DNA from: Candidatus Aenigmatarchaeota archaeon
Lineage (GTDB): Archaea > Aenigmatarchaeota > Aenigmatarchaeia > CG10238-14 > SCSR01
Direction of reading: 5' to 3'
NCBI GenBank assembly: GCA_039091335.1
Contig: JAWCME010000002.1
Coordinates: 1 to 64,000 of the forward strand
DNA length: 64,000 bases
Positions 37,453-46,889 of the stretch are shown in pieces (the stretch's first letter is position 1; the number at the start of each line of letters is the position of its first letter). The translations under genes and the position numbers were made by a program. A model generated the notes under the pieces. The model searched no databases and had not been told where the DNA came from. It saw only the letters and a list, made by a program, of their open reading frames with translations.

Positions 37453-38313
37453 TTAATATCTTATAAAATTCTTTATTACATTTGGAATTTCTTCTATTAA
37501 ATCGCTTGTAATAATACCCTCGCTGTATTTTTTTGCTGCAATTTCTCCACTTTTTCCGTTAATGTATGCTGCAGCGCAGGCTGCGGTAAAAACATCTACA
37601 TTTCTTGCAAGATATGCTCCTAAGATTCCAGCCAAAGTATCACCCATTCCCCCTTTTGTCATTACAGGGGAGCCAGTTCTATTTAAAGCAACTTTAGTTC
37701 CATCAGAGATCACATCAACATGACCCTTTAACAATATTGTTGTTTTAAGTTTTTTTGCAGTTTCTCTAACAACCTCAGCCCTTTCTTTTAAATTTTTTGA
37801 GACCTTAACCCCAGACAACACATACATTTCAAAGGAGTGGGGGGTAAGAACAAAATTTTTGTTTTTTATTACCTCCTTTTTTAATGAGATTGCGTGAATT
37901 GCATCAGCGTCTATTACACAGGGCAAATCAAGATTTTTAAGATATTCTAAAACAGCATCAAAAACTTCTTCTTTCCTACAAAGCCCACCTCCTATAACAA
38001 CAGCACTCTTGTTTTTTGTGAATTCGATTAGCTCTGGCAAATGTTTTTTATTTAAAAACTCTCCTTTCAAAGGATACGCTATCAAGTCTGGCAAAAAAGA
38101 TGCTATGATATTTGCAGCCCTTTCCGGTGCAAGTATTGTTACTAAATCTACCCCGGCCCTTAAAGCGGCCAATGCATTAAATACAGGAGAACCAGAATAA
38201 TGTTTGCTTCCTCCTATAACCAATAAATGTCCAAAACAATATTTATGCGACCAAGCGTCTCTCTTCCTATAGATTTTTTTGAGAACACTTTCATTCACTT
38301 CAATCATTTTCAT
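37453..38313 (-). CDS. nnrD: ADP/ATP-dependent NAD(P)H-hydrate dehydratase (stand-alone YjeF C-terminal domain)
   Basis: SHK, GGS-x-x-YSG, IDADA, LTPH-x-x-E, GGMGDTLAG. Confidence 0.9.
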   Translation of the reverse strand: MKMIEVNESVLKKIYRKRDAWSHKYCFGHLLVIGGSKHYSGSPVFNALAALRAGVDLVTILAPERAANIIASFLPDLIAYPLKGEFLNKKHLPELIEFTKNKSAVVIGGGLCRKEEVFDAVLEYLKNLDLPCVIDADAIHAISLKKEVIKNKNFVLTPHSFEMYVLSGVKVSKNLKERAEVVRETAKKLKTTILLKGHVDVISDGTKVALNRTGSPVMTKGGMGDTLAGILGAYLARNVDVFTAACAAAYINGKSGEIAAKKYSEGIITSDLIEEIPNVIKNFIRY

Positions 38314-38350
38314 AATTTAATTATACTGTTTATTATTAATTAAGAGAGGA

Positions 38351-38842
38351 ATGAAAAAAATAAGGGTTGGTATCTTTTCATTTACTTGTGATGAAGGATG
38401 TAGTATGAGCATACTTGAAATATTAAATAAAAAATTTTTTGAATGGAAGGATTTTATTAAAATAGAACATTTCAGGCTTTTGAAATCAAAGAGCAGAACA
38501 AAAAATTTAGATGTTGCGTTTATAGAAGGAGCAATATCAACATTTAAAGAAAAGAAAAGTATAGAGGAAATAAGAAAAAATTGTAAAAAAATTGTTTTGA
38601 TTGGGAGCTGTGCAATTAGCGGTTCTCCTTCAAACGCAAGAAATTTTTTTGATGAAGAAAGAAAAAAAGAGATTCAAGGGATTATTAAAAAATTTGGTCA
38701 TATGGAAAAGGTTTTTGCGGCGAGTGAAATAATTAAGGCAGACTATTATGTTTTTGGATGTCCGATAGAAGAAAGGTGTTTTGTTGAGACGATGGAAAAA
38801 ATTTTAAAGGAATTTGGTGTTAAGGGTGCATCATGGGTTTGA
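38351..38842 (+). CDS. [NiFe] hydrogenase small subunit, short form (proximal-cluster domain only)
   Basis: TCDEGC, FIEGAI, GSCAISG, GCP; ends at 163 aa with no further Cys-rich region. Confidence 0.85.
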   Translation: MKKIRVGIFSFTCDEGCSMSILEILNKKFFEWKDFIKIEHFRLLKSKSRTKNLDVAFIEGAISTFKEKKSIEEIRKNCKKIVLIGSCAISGSPSNARNFFDEERKKEIQGIIKKFGHMEKVFAASEIIKADYYVFGCPIEERCFVETMEKILKEFGVKGASWV

Positions 38843-40103
38843 GTTGAATATAGATGGTATAAGTAAGACAGAGGGGCATGCTGGTCTTGAAATAAAAGTA
38901 AGGAATAATAAAGTGGAGGAAGTAAAATTAAAGGTAAGCGAGAACAAAAGGTTTTTCACGCAAGCAGTTAGGGGGAAAAAATTTTATGAGGTTCCAAATT
39001 TTCTATCTAGGATATGTGGTACTTGCAGTATTGCACATGTGCTCGCATCCATAGAAGCCATAGAAAGGGCTTTGGGTATTGAAATTTCACATCAAACAAT
39101 TGTGCTAAGAAGGTTACTTATGTTTGGTTTGATTATAAGGGACCATGCGATGCATCTCTATTTTCTTTCCTTGCCAGACGTATTTAAAAAAGATTCTATA
39201 ATTGAGCTTTTAGAAAAAAAGCCAGAAATTGTAAGAGATGCATTTGAAATCAAGGCTGCTGGAAACAGCATTAGCAAGCTAGTTGGTGGAAGGGCAATCC
39301 ACCCCTATCTATGCACCATAGGTGGTTTTTTGAAAATTCCAAAAGAAGAAGAGATAAGAAAAACATTGAAAGAATTGAAGGCGATTAGGGAAAAAATTTT
39401 CCCACTTCTCGAAATCTTTTACGATTCAAACCTATCTTTTGAAAATGAAACAAACTATGTTGCCCTTTGCACACCAAGTTTTGACTTTTTGGAAGGTGAA
39501 ATAAGAAGTTCAGATGGCTTAATCATTCCTGAAGATAGGTTTTGGGATTTTGTAAACAGGGTTGTTTTGCCTTACTCTCAATCAACAGCCTTCCAATTTT
39601 CAGGCAAGCCTTATAGGGTTGGGGCTTTGGCAAGAATAAACTTAAACTCAAAAGCATTGGATGAGGATACAAAGAAAGATGTCAAAATTTACTTAAAAAA
39701 ATTCCCTTCTCACAACATTTTTTATAACAATCTTGCACAAGGAATAGAAATACTTCACTCAATAGACGCTTCAATAAAAATACTTGAGGGGTATGATTTC
39801 AAGGAAGAAAGAATAAAAGAAATAAAGGTAAAGGAAGGGGAGGGGGTTGGTGTGGTAGAAGCACCAAGGGGAACTCTTTATCATATGGTTTACTTGGATT
39901 CAGAAGGCAAAGTTAGATTTATGAATCTTGTGATACCAACTGCCCAAAACCAAATCCAAATGGAGCTTGACATAAGAGATTTAGTGCAGAAAAATTTAGG
40001 GAAGAGAAAACACTCAATACAACACAAGGTTGAGGCTTTGATAAGGGCGTATGACCCATGTTTTAGCTGTGCAAGCCATTTCTTAAAGGTTAGATGGGTC
40101 TGA
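38826..40103 (+). CDS. [NiFe] hydrogenase large subunit, group 3b-like
   Basis: L1 RICGTC, GGRAIHP, EAPRG, L2 DPCFSCASH with a 7-aa C-terminal extension. Confidence 0.92.
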   Translation: MHHGFELNIDGISKTEGHAGLEIKVRNNKVEEVKLKVSENKRFFTQAVRGKKFYEVPNFLSRICGTCSIAHVLASIEAIERALGIEISHQTIVLRRLLMFGLIIRDHAMHLYFLSLPDVFKKDSIIELLEKKPEIVRDAFEIKAAGNSISKLVGGRAIHPYLCTIGGFLKIPKEEEIRKTLKELKAIREKIFPLLEIFYDSNLSFENETNYVALCTPSFDFLEGEIRSSDGLIIPEDRFWDFVNRVVLPYSQSTAFQFSGKPYRVGALARINLNSKALDEDTKKDVKIYLKKFPSHNIFYNNLAQGIEILHSIDASIKILEGYDFKEERIKEIKVKEGEGVGVVEAPRGTLYHMVYLDSEGKVRFMNLVIPTAQNQIQMELDIRDLVQKNLGKRKHSIQHKVEALIRAYDPCFSCASHFLKVRWV

Positions 40104-40895
40104 AAGCAAATTTACAAGCTTTTGAACAATGTTTTTTTTCTTTGAAATAGGAATACATATTATTTTAAAACTTTCAATAAGTCCCAATCTCTTCAAAATT
40201 CTTAGCTCAAAACTTAAATCAAAGTCGTGCATAGAAAAAATCTTTTCTCTTTTTATTCTTTTAAAATCTTCTATTATCTCAACATTTTTTATTCCTTTTG
40301 CGACATCCATTATGATGAGGTTTTTTCCCTCTTTCTCCAAGTTCTCAACAACATCAAAAAACGTAAAATTTATCCAAGGAAGTTCATGTTTCAATTTTTT
40401 CGCTATGTTTATTGCAACATTGTTTTCCTTCAAAAGAGGATTTCCAAAAACAAGAATCTTAATTTTTTCTGGTTTATCTACTATATAATTCCAATGAATA
40501 ACAACAGCATCTCCTGTTCTAACGTCTAAAAAACTTCTGTATTTTTTAACCTTTCCACAAACTTTAACCAAGGGATTTTTTCCTACTTTCAAAACCTTAC
40601 CAAACTTTACTTTACATTTTTCTCTTATTCCAGGAATTTTATTATGTTCTTTGAGAAAATACCTTCTTATCACTTCTTTGTCTATTTTTTTCTTCCCCAT
40701 TTTTTTCGCAATTTTTTTGAGATAAAAAAGAGCAACTTCAAAAAGTTTTTCATTCCCATCTGGTATTTTTTCTCCAAACTCATGCAGAAACAAAAGCCTT
40801 CTTACTTCTTCTCTCCCTATTTTAATCTTTTTTTTCGGGTTTTCTAGGCAAGGTAATGCATAGGAGAAAAAAATATTTTTATCTTCAATCTCCAT
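40083..40895 (-). CDS. Fusion of a DUF6390/HypC-like N-terminal domain and a degenerate hydrogenase maturation protease domain
   Basis: YALPC...CKVKFGKV...GDAVVIHWNY, then ILVFGNPLL, IIMD, SMHD. Confidence 0.6.
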   Translation of the reverse strand: MEIEDKNIFFSYALPCLENPKKKIKIGREEVRRLLFLHEFGEKIPDGNEKLFEVALFYLKKIAKKMGKKKIDKEVIRRYFLKEHNKIPGIREKCKVKFGKVLKVGKNPLVKVCGKVKKYRSFLDVRTGDAVVIHWNYIVDKPEKIKILVFGNPLLKENNVAINIAKKLKHELPWINFTFFDVVENLEKEGKNLIIMDVAKGIKNVEIIEDFKRIKREKIFSMHDFDLSFELRILKRLGLIESFKIICIPISKKKNIVQKLVNLLSDPSNL

Positions 40896-41058
40896 TTTCT
40901 ATCCTTTCCACTGCAAAATTATTCACACAAACAACTCTATCTCCAACCCTTAATCCGTTAATCATTGAAATATTTACTCTTGATTTTTTCCCGTTAAAAT
41001 TTACTAAAGCTATTTTTCCTTTCAATTTTTCAACCTTTCCTATTTTTGAAAAACACAT
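40885..41058 (-). CDS. hypC: Hydrogenase maturation chaperone HypC/HupF
   Basis: MC start at 41058, GKV, ALVNFNG, VGDRV, FA. Confidence 0.8.
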   Translation of the reverse strand: MCFSKIGKVEKLKGKIALVNFNGKKSRVNISMINGLRVGDRVVCVNNFAVERIENGD

Positions 41059-41091
41059 ACTAAAAATTAATATAAAAGCCATATAAATTAA

Positions 41092-42120
<1,029 letters not shown>

Positions 42121-42128
42121 CGATTAAA

Positions 42129-43343
42129 ATGGAGAAAATTTTTACTTTGGATGATTTTGATTTTAACGAAAAAACGGTTCTTGTTAGGGTTGACATAAAT
42201 GTGCCATACGATGCTTCTACGAAAAAAATTGAAGATTCGGAAAGAATTAGGGAGCATGCAATAACGATAAAAGAGCTTGCAGAGAAGAATGCTAAGGTTG
42301 TAGTTCTTGCGCATCAGGGAAGAAAAGGTGATCCAGATTTTATCAATTTAAATCAACACGCATCTCTTTTGAGCAAGCATGTTGGAAAAAAGGTGGAGTT
42401 TGTGGATGATGTTGTTGGCGAAAAGGCCATTAATAAAATAAAATCAATGAGAGGGGGAGAAATAGTTCTTTTGGATAATGTTAGGTTTTTAGAAGATGAA
42501 ACTTTAGAGCTATCCCCAAAAGAGCATTCTAAAAGCAAGATTGTAACTGTTTTATCACCAATCTCAGATTATTTTGTATTAGACGGTTTTTCTGTTTCCC
42601 ATCGTTCCCATGCTTCTGTTGTTGGTTTTTCAGAAATTCTGCCTTGTATAGCGGGAAGAATAATGGAAAAAGAACTAAAAGCTCTTGAAAAGTTTTTTGT
42701 TGCAAAAAACAAGACATTTGTGCTTGGTGGAGCAAAGGTTGAAGAGTGTTTGGATATAATTGATTACTTTCTTAAAAAAAAGAAAGAAGAAGTTAGAGTA
42801 GTGTTGCTATCTGGTGTTATAGCAGAACTATTTTTAATATCCAAAGGTTATGAATTGGGAAAAGGAACAAAAGATTTTTTAATAAAAAAAGATTATTTGA
42901 AGTTTATACCGCAAATAAAAGAAATCATTCAAAAACATGGAGAAAAAATTGAGCTACCAATAGATTTTGCTGTTGAGGTAAACGGAGGGAGAAAAGAATT
43001 TGACTTGGAGGATTTGCCTGTAGAGCAACAAATTTTAGATATAGGAAAAAAGACTGCGCTCAAATATTCAAAAGAAATTGAGGCTTCAGAATTTATAATT
43101 TTTAAAGGCCCTGCAGGAGTTTATGAGAAGAAGAATTTTGAATTTGGTACTAAAATTCTTTTAGATGCAATAACAAATTCCAAGGCATTTTCTTTAGCAG
43201 GGGGCGGGGATACTCTAACTGCAATAGAAAAATTGAATGTGGATAAAGGCAAATTTTCATACATAAGTCTAGGGGGTGGGGCTTTAATTACATATCTTTC
43301 TGGAAAAAATATGCCTGGGATAGAAATATTGAAAAAACTATAA
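42129..43343 (+). CDS. pgk: Phosphoglycerate kinase
   Basis: RVDINVP, AHQGR, HRSHAS, GGAKV, GGGD, GGGA. Confidence 0.96.
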   Translation: MEKIFTLDDFDFNEKTVLVRVDINVPYDASTKKIEDSERIREHAITIKELAEKNAKVVVLAHQGRKGDPDFINLNQHASLLSKHVGKKVEFVDDVVGEKAINKIKSMRGGEIVLLDNVRFLEDETLELSPKEHSKSKIVTVLSPISDYFVLDGFSVSHRSHASVVGFSEILPCIAGRIMEKELKALEKFFVAKNKTFVLGGAKVEECLDIIDYFLKKKKEEVRVVLLSGVIAELFLISKGYELGKGTKDFLIKKDYLKFIPQIKEIIQKHGEKIELPIDFAVEVNGGRKEFDLEDLPVEQQILDIGKKTALKYSKEIEASEFIIFKGPAGVYEKKNFEFGTKILLDAITNSKAFSLAGGGDTLTAIEKLNVDKGKFSYISLGGGALITYLSGKNMPGIEILKKL

Positions 43344-43535
43344 CTTCTTTACGATTTCAATTATTATTTTGTTTCTCAGCCCTTGGTCTTTAAATACTTC
43401 TTCTATTATCATATTCCTTAATTTTTCTTTGTCTATTGATTCCATTAAAATGTTTGTTATTTTTTCTGTAATTTCTTGACTTGTCTTTGCGCCCTCTACT
43501 ATAGATTTTATAATTTTTTCATCAACATCTTCCAT
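43338..43535 (-). CDS. Small helical hypothetical protein (65 aa)
   Basis: ATG start, E/K/I-rich composition like other genes here, TATA-like element upstream. Confidence 0.6.
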   Translation of the reverse strand: MEDVDEKIIKSIVEGAKTSQEITEKITNILMESIDKEKLRNMIIEEVFKDQGLRNKIIIEIVKKL

Positions 43536-43600
43536 AGCTATCTATTTAAGATAGATGGTAAAAGATTTATCTTTTACATTAACTCTTTTTAAATGTTAAA

Positions 43601-43768
43601 ATGGGTTTGACGGAAGAAGTATTTGAAATAATAATTTCCAATTTAAAAAAAGATGAAGAGCTGTTTAATGAAGTGGTTAATTTCTTAAACAGACAAGAAA
43701 AAAGGGAAGTATTAACTGCTTTTTTAAAGAGGGTTTTAATAGAGGCAAGTGAAAAAATCTATTCTTGA
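43601..43768 (+). CDS. Small helical hypothetical protein (55 aa)
   Basis: Not in ORF track; MGLTEEVFEIIISNLKKDEELFNEVVNFLNRQEKREVLTAFLKRVLIEASEKIYS*; fills the gap before the tpiA stop. Confidence 0.55.
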   Translation: MGLTEEVFEIIISNLKKDEELFNEVVNFLNRQEKREVLTAFLKRVLIEASEKIYS

Positions 43769-44433
43769 ATAGCTTTAGCGAAATCTTCTAAAACATTTGT
43801 TGGTTTTTCCGAATTTACAACAGCAGACGCAACCAATATCCCCTTGGTTCCAAGTTTTAAGGCTGCTTTAACATCACTACCAGAGCTGATTCCAGCACCA
43901 CATAAAACCTTGATTCTGGGATTGATCCTTCTAATTTCATCAACAAACTTTTTCACACTGTAAGCTTTAACCTTTGATATTGCCCTTCCACTTCCAATGA
44001 GAAGTGGGTCTTCAAAAGCGATGAAATCTGGACTAAGACGTGCAATTTTTTTTGCCTTTTCCAAGCTTTCTGAGCAAACAACAGAAACCAAGTCGTATTT
44101 TCTTGCTATTTCCAAGCATTTTTCAATTCTACTTAAATCAATTTTTTTCTCAGAATGATTTATTATTGTTCCTATTGCCCCAGCTTCTCTTATCGCCATT
44201 GCAGTAATGTGTCCAGTATAAGCACCTTCCTCTACAGCATCTATATGTTGTGCAAATACCTTTACCTTAGTTTTTTCAGAAATAGTTTTAATGTCTGTGT
44301 ATTGTGGGGCCACTGCTATCTCAACACCATATTTTTTAGAAACCATCTCGCACGCTTTAGCAATTTTTAATGCATTCCTTCCCGTTCCTTTCTTATAACA
44401 TTTAAAATTAACAAGGATTAGCGGAATTTCCAT
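43759..44433 (-). CDS. tpiA: Triosephosphate isomerase, archaeal type
   Basis: NFK, AQHID, NHSE, FEDP-x-LIG, LCGAGI, LVASA. Confidence 0.95.
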   Translation of the reverse strand: MEIPLILVNFKCYKKGTGRNALKIAKACEMVSKKYGVEIAVAPQYTDIKTISEKTKVKVFAQHIDAVEEGAYTGHITAMAIREAGAIGTIINHSEKKIDLSRIEKCLEIARKYDLVSVVCSESLEKAKKIARLSPDFIAFEDPLLIGSGRAISKVKAYSVKKFVDEIRRINPRIKVLCGAGISSGSDVKAALKLGTKGILVASAVVNSEKPTNVLEDFAKAIQE

Positions 44434-44466
44434 AACATTAATTTAATTCTAAATCAAATAAATAAT

Positions 44467-45591
44467 ATGGCAGAAAAAATTACATTGAGCTTGATTAAGG
44501 CAGATATAGGAAGTGTTTGTGGCCATCATGTCGTGCACCCAAAACAAATTGAACTTGCAAAAAAGTTGCTCGAGTCTTCTAAGAAAAAAGGCAAGATAAT
44601 AGATTATTATGTTTTTAATTGTGGCGATGATTTAGAGCTACTATTTACTCATAGGGAAGGAGAAAACAACCCAAAAATTCACGAAATGGCATGGAATGTA
44701 TTTAAGGAAGTTACCGAAAAGGTTTCAAAAAAACTAAAGCTTTATGCTGCAGGTCAAGACCTTCTAGTAGAAACATTTTCTGGGAACGTAAAAGGAATGG
44801 GTCCTGGTGTTGCTGAAATGGAAATAGAAGAGAGGCCATCAGAATCTATTGTTGTTTTTGCTGCTGATAAAACAGAGCCAGGAGCATGGAATTTACCCTT
44901 GTATAAAATTTTTGCTGACCCGTCTAATACAGCAGGTCTAATACTTTCTGAAGACATGTCTTACGGATTTACTTTTAGAGTTCTTGATGTGATCGAAGGT
45001 AAGTACATAGACTTAAACTGCCCAGAGGACATCTATAACCTCATTTCCTTAATAGGAACGACAGGAAGGTTTGTTGTTGAAAGGGTATTTAGAAGAAAGG
45101 ATAAAATGCTTGCTGCTGTTGCAAGCACCACAAGACTAAGAATAATCGCTCATCGATATACCGGAAAGGACGACCCAGTTTTGATGATAAGGTTACAACA
45201 CCAATTCCCTGCTCTTGGGGAAGTTCTTTCAGCATTTGTACCTGCTTATTTAGTTAGTGGAGCAATGCGTGGTTCTCATCGCCTACCACTACTTCCAGTC
45301 AGCCTTAAAGATGCAAAATGTTCTTACTGGGACGGTCCACCAAGATGTGTAGCACTTGGTTTTAACTTGTGCGAAGGAAAAATTGTTGGAAAAGGAGATG
45401 AACCAGCAGACCTTTTTGACGATCCTGCCTTTGATTATGCAAGACTGAAGGCAATGGAAATTTCTCAGTATATAAGGCAGCATGGCGAATTTGAACCAGC
45501 AAGACTTCCAGAAGAAGACTTGGAATATCTTGGTATATCCAAAATAAGAGAAAAATTGAAGGAAAGATGGGTGAAATTGAAGGAGCAGTGA
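44467..45591 (+). CDS. fbp: Fructose-1,6-bisphosphate aldolase/phosphatase (class V FBPase)
   Basis: KADIG, GDD, GQDL, DKTEPGA, YTGKDDP, DGPPR. Confidence 0.95.
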   Translation: MAEKITLSLIKADIGSVCGHHVVHPKQIELAKKLLESSKKKGKIIDYYVFNCGDDLELLFTHREGENNPKIHEMAWNVFKEVTEKVSKKLKLYAAGQDLLVETFSGNVKGMGPGVAEMEIEERPSESIVVFAADKTEPGAWNLPLYKIFADPSNTAGLILSEDMSYGFTFRVLDVIEGKYIDLNCPEDIYNLISLIGTTGRFVVERVFRRKDKMLAAVASTTRLRIIAHRYTGKDDPVLMIRLQHQFPALGEVLSAFVPAYLVSGAMRGSHRLPLLPVSLKDAKCSYWDGPPRCVALGFNLCEGKIVGKGDEPADLFDDPAFDYARLKAMEISQYIRQHGEFEPARLPEEDLEYLGISKIREKLKERWVKLKEQ

Positions 45592-45611
45592 ATTAAAAAA
45601 GTAAATATAAT

Positions 45612-46853
45612 TTATTCCATACGTTCTGCAAATAGTCTTGATTTAAAATCAGAAATAATTGCCATGAAATTTGCAAATCCGTCTTGGGGAGACGGAAAGC
45701 ATGAAAAGTATCTATGTACATCACCATCTCCCCACCACTTTGTACATATATAATAAAGATGATCGCTCGTTTGGAGTAGGCGCCAAATTCTTTTAAATTC
45801 TTGATTTTTAGATTTTTTTATAATTCCCTCAAGATTTTTTATCTCCTCAAAACAAATTTGTTGCATCCTATTCCCAAGCCAAGCTGAAACATCCCTTTCC
45901 ATATCAGCCCATGAAGATGTACAAAATTCAAAAACATCTATCTCACCAACAGGATAATTCTTTTTTATGGTTTCAGATGGCGTTGAAAATTGTAATTGTT
46001 CGTACTTTAATATTTCATAAGGCAATGCTTTCAAAAACCAAAATATACCAGACTCTGGCCAATGGTGCTCTCCAAATGTTTCATAATCCATGAAAAGGTT
46101 TATGCATTGTCCTGGGGTTGCATTTATCCATGCAGCAAACTTGTCTGCTGTCAACGGCCACTGATCCCAATCTTTAGCTGAAAATCTGTAGCCAATGTCG
46201 TCGCTTAGCCTATAATTCCTTAATAAAACCCTAATCCTTTTATCTTGTCCTGGGTCATTCGGAAAACAAAACTTCCTTATATAAACATAATTTGGACTTC
46301 TCCATCCCAAAATTCTTTCAGCGCCCTCAGTAAAAATTCCTTTAAACCCGAGATCTTCTACAATCTTTGCTATTATATTGTTGTAAATCATTTCTGTATT
46401 AACAAAAACTTTTGGCTCTACACCAAAAAATTCCTTCATGGCTTGAGTATGCATCTTAACCTGTTCTACAAACTCTTCTTTTGATTCAAAAAGACTTGAT
46501 AGGGAATGATAATATGTTTCTCCCAAAAATTCAACGCAACCGGTTCTACCCAATTCCTTAAAGCTTTCAATCACATCTTCATTAAACATCTTACACAGTT
46601 CTAAAAAAACCCCAGTTATTGAAAAACTGACTTTGAATTTTTTCTTTTCTCCTTTAAGGTTGTCTATTGCTTCAAGAAGAATCGAGTTGGCGTTTAGATA
46701 GCACCTGTTTGCAATTCTGTCAAAAACAAACTTATTCAAACCATGGTTGAAATAATTGTAAAAAATGTTTTCGTTTTTTATGTTTCCGTTTGGCTGAAAA
46801 TTTGCTATTCTAAATGGCTGATGAACCTTGAAGCAAAGATTTATATCTACCAT
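45612..46853 (-). CDS. Glycoside hydrolase family 57 (alpha-amylase-like)
   Basis: VHQP, ETYYHSL, NTE, SDDIGYRFS, MDYETFGEH, QTSDH. Confidence 0.9.
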   Translation of the reverse strand: MVDINLCFKVHQPFRIANFQPNGNIKNENIFYNYFNHGLNKFVFDRIANRCYLNANSILLEAIDNLKGEKKKFKVSFSITGVFLELCKMFNEDVIESFKELGRTGCVEFLGETYYHSLSSLFESKEEFVEQVKMHTQAMKEFFGVEPKVFVNTEMIYNNIIAKIVEDLGFKGIFTEGAERILGWRSPNYVYIRKFCFPNDPGQDKRIRVLLRNYRLSDDIGYRFSAKDWDQWPLTADKFAAWINATPGQCINLFMDYETFGEHHWPESGIFWFLKALPYEILKYEQLQFSTPSETIKKNYPVGEIDVFEFCTSSWADMERDVSAWLGNRMQQICFEEIKNLEGIIKKSKNQEFKRIWRLLQTSDHLYYICTKWWGDGDVHRYFSCFPSPQDGFANFMAIISDFKSRLFAERME

Positions 46854-46889
46854 CTATTCTTATTTAATTTCACCTTAAATAAATTAATT

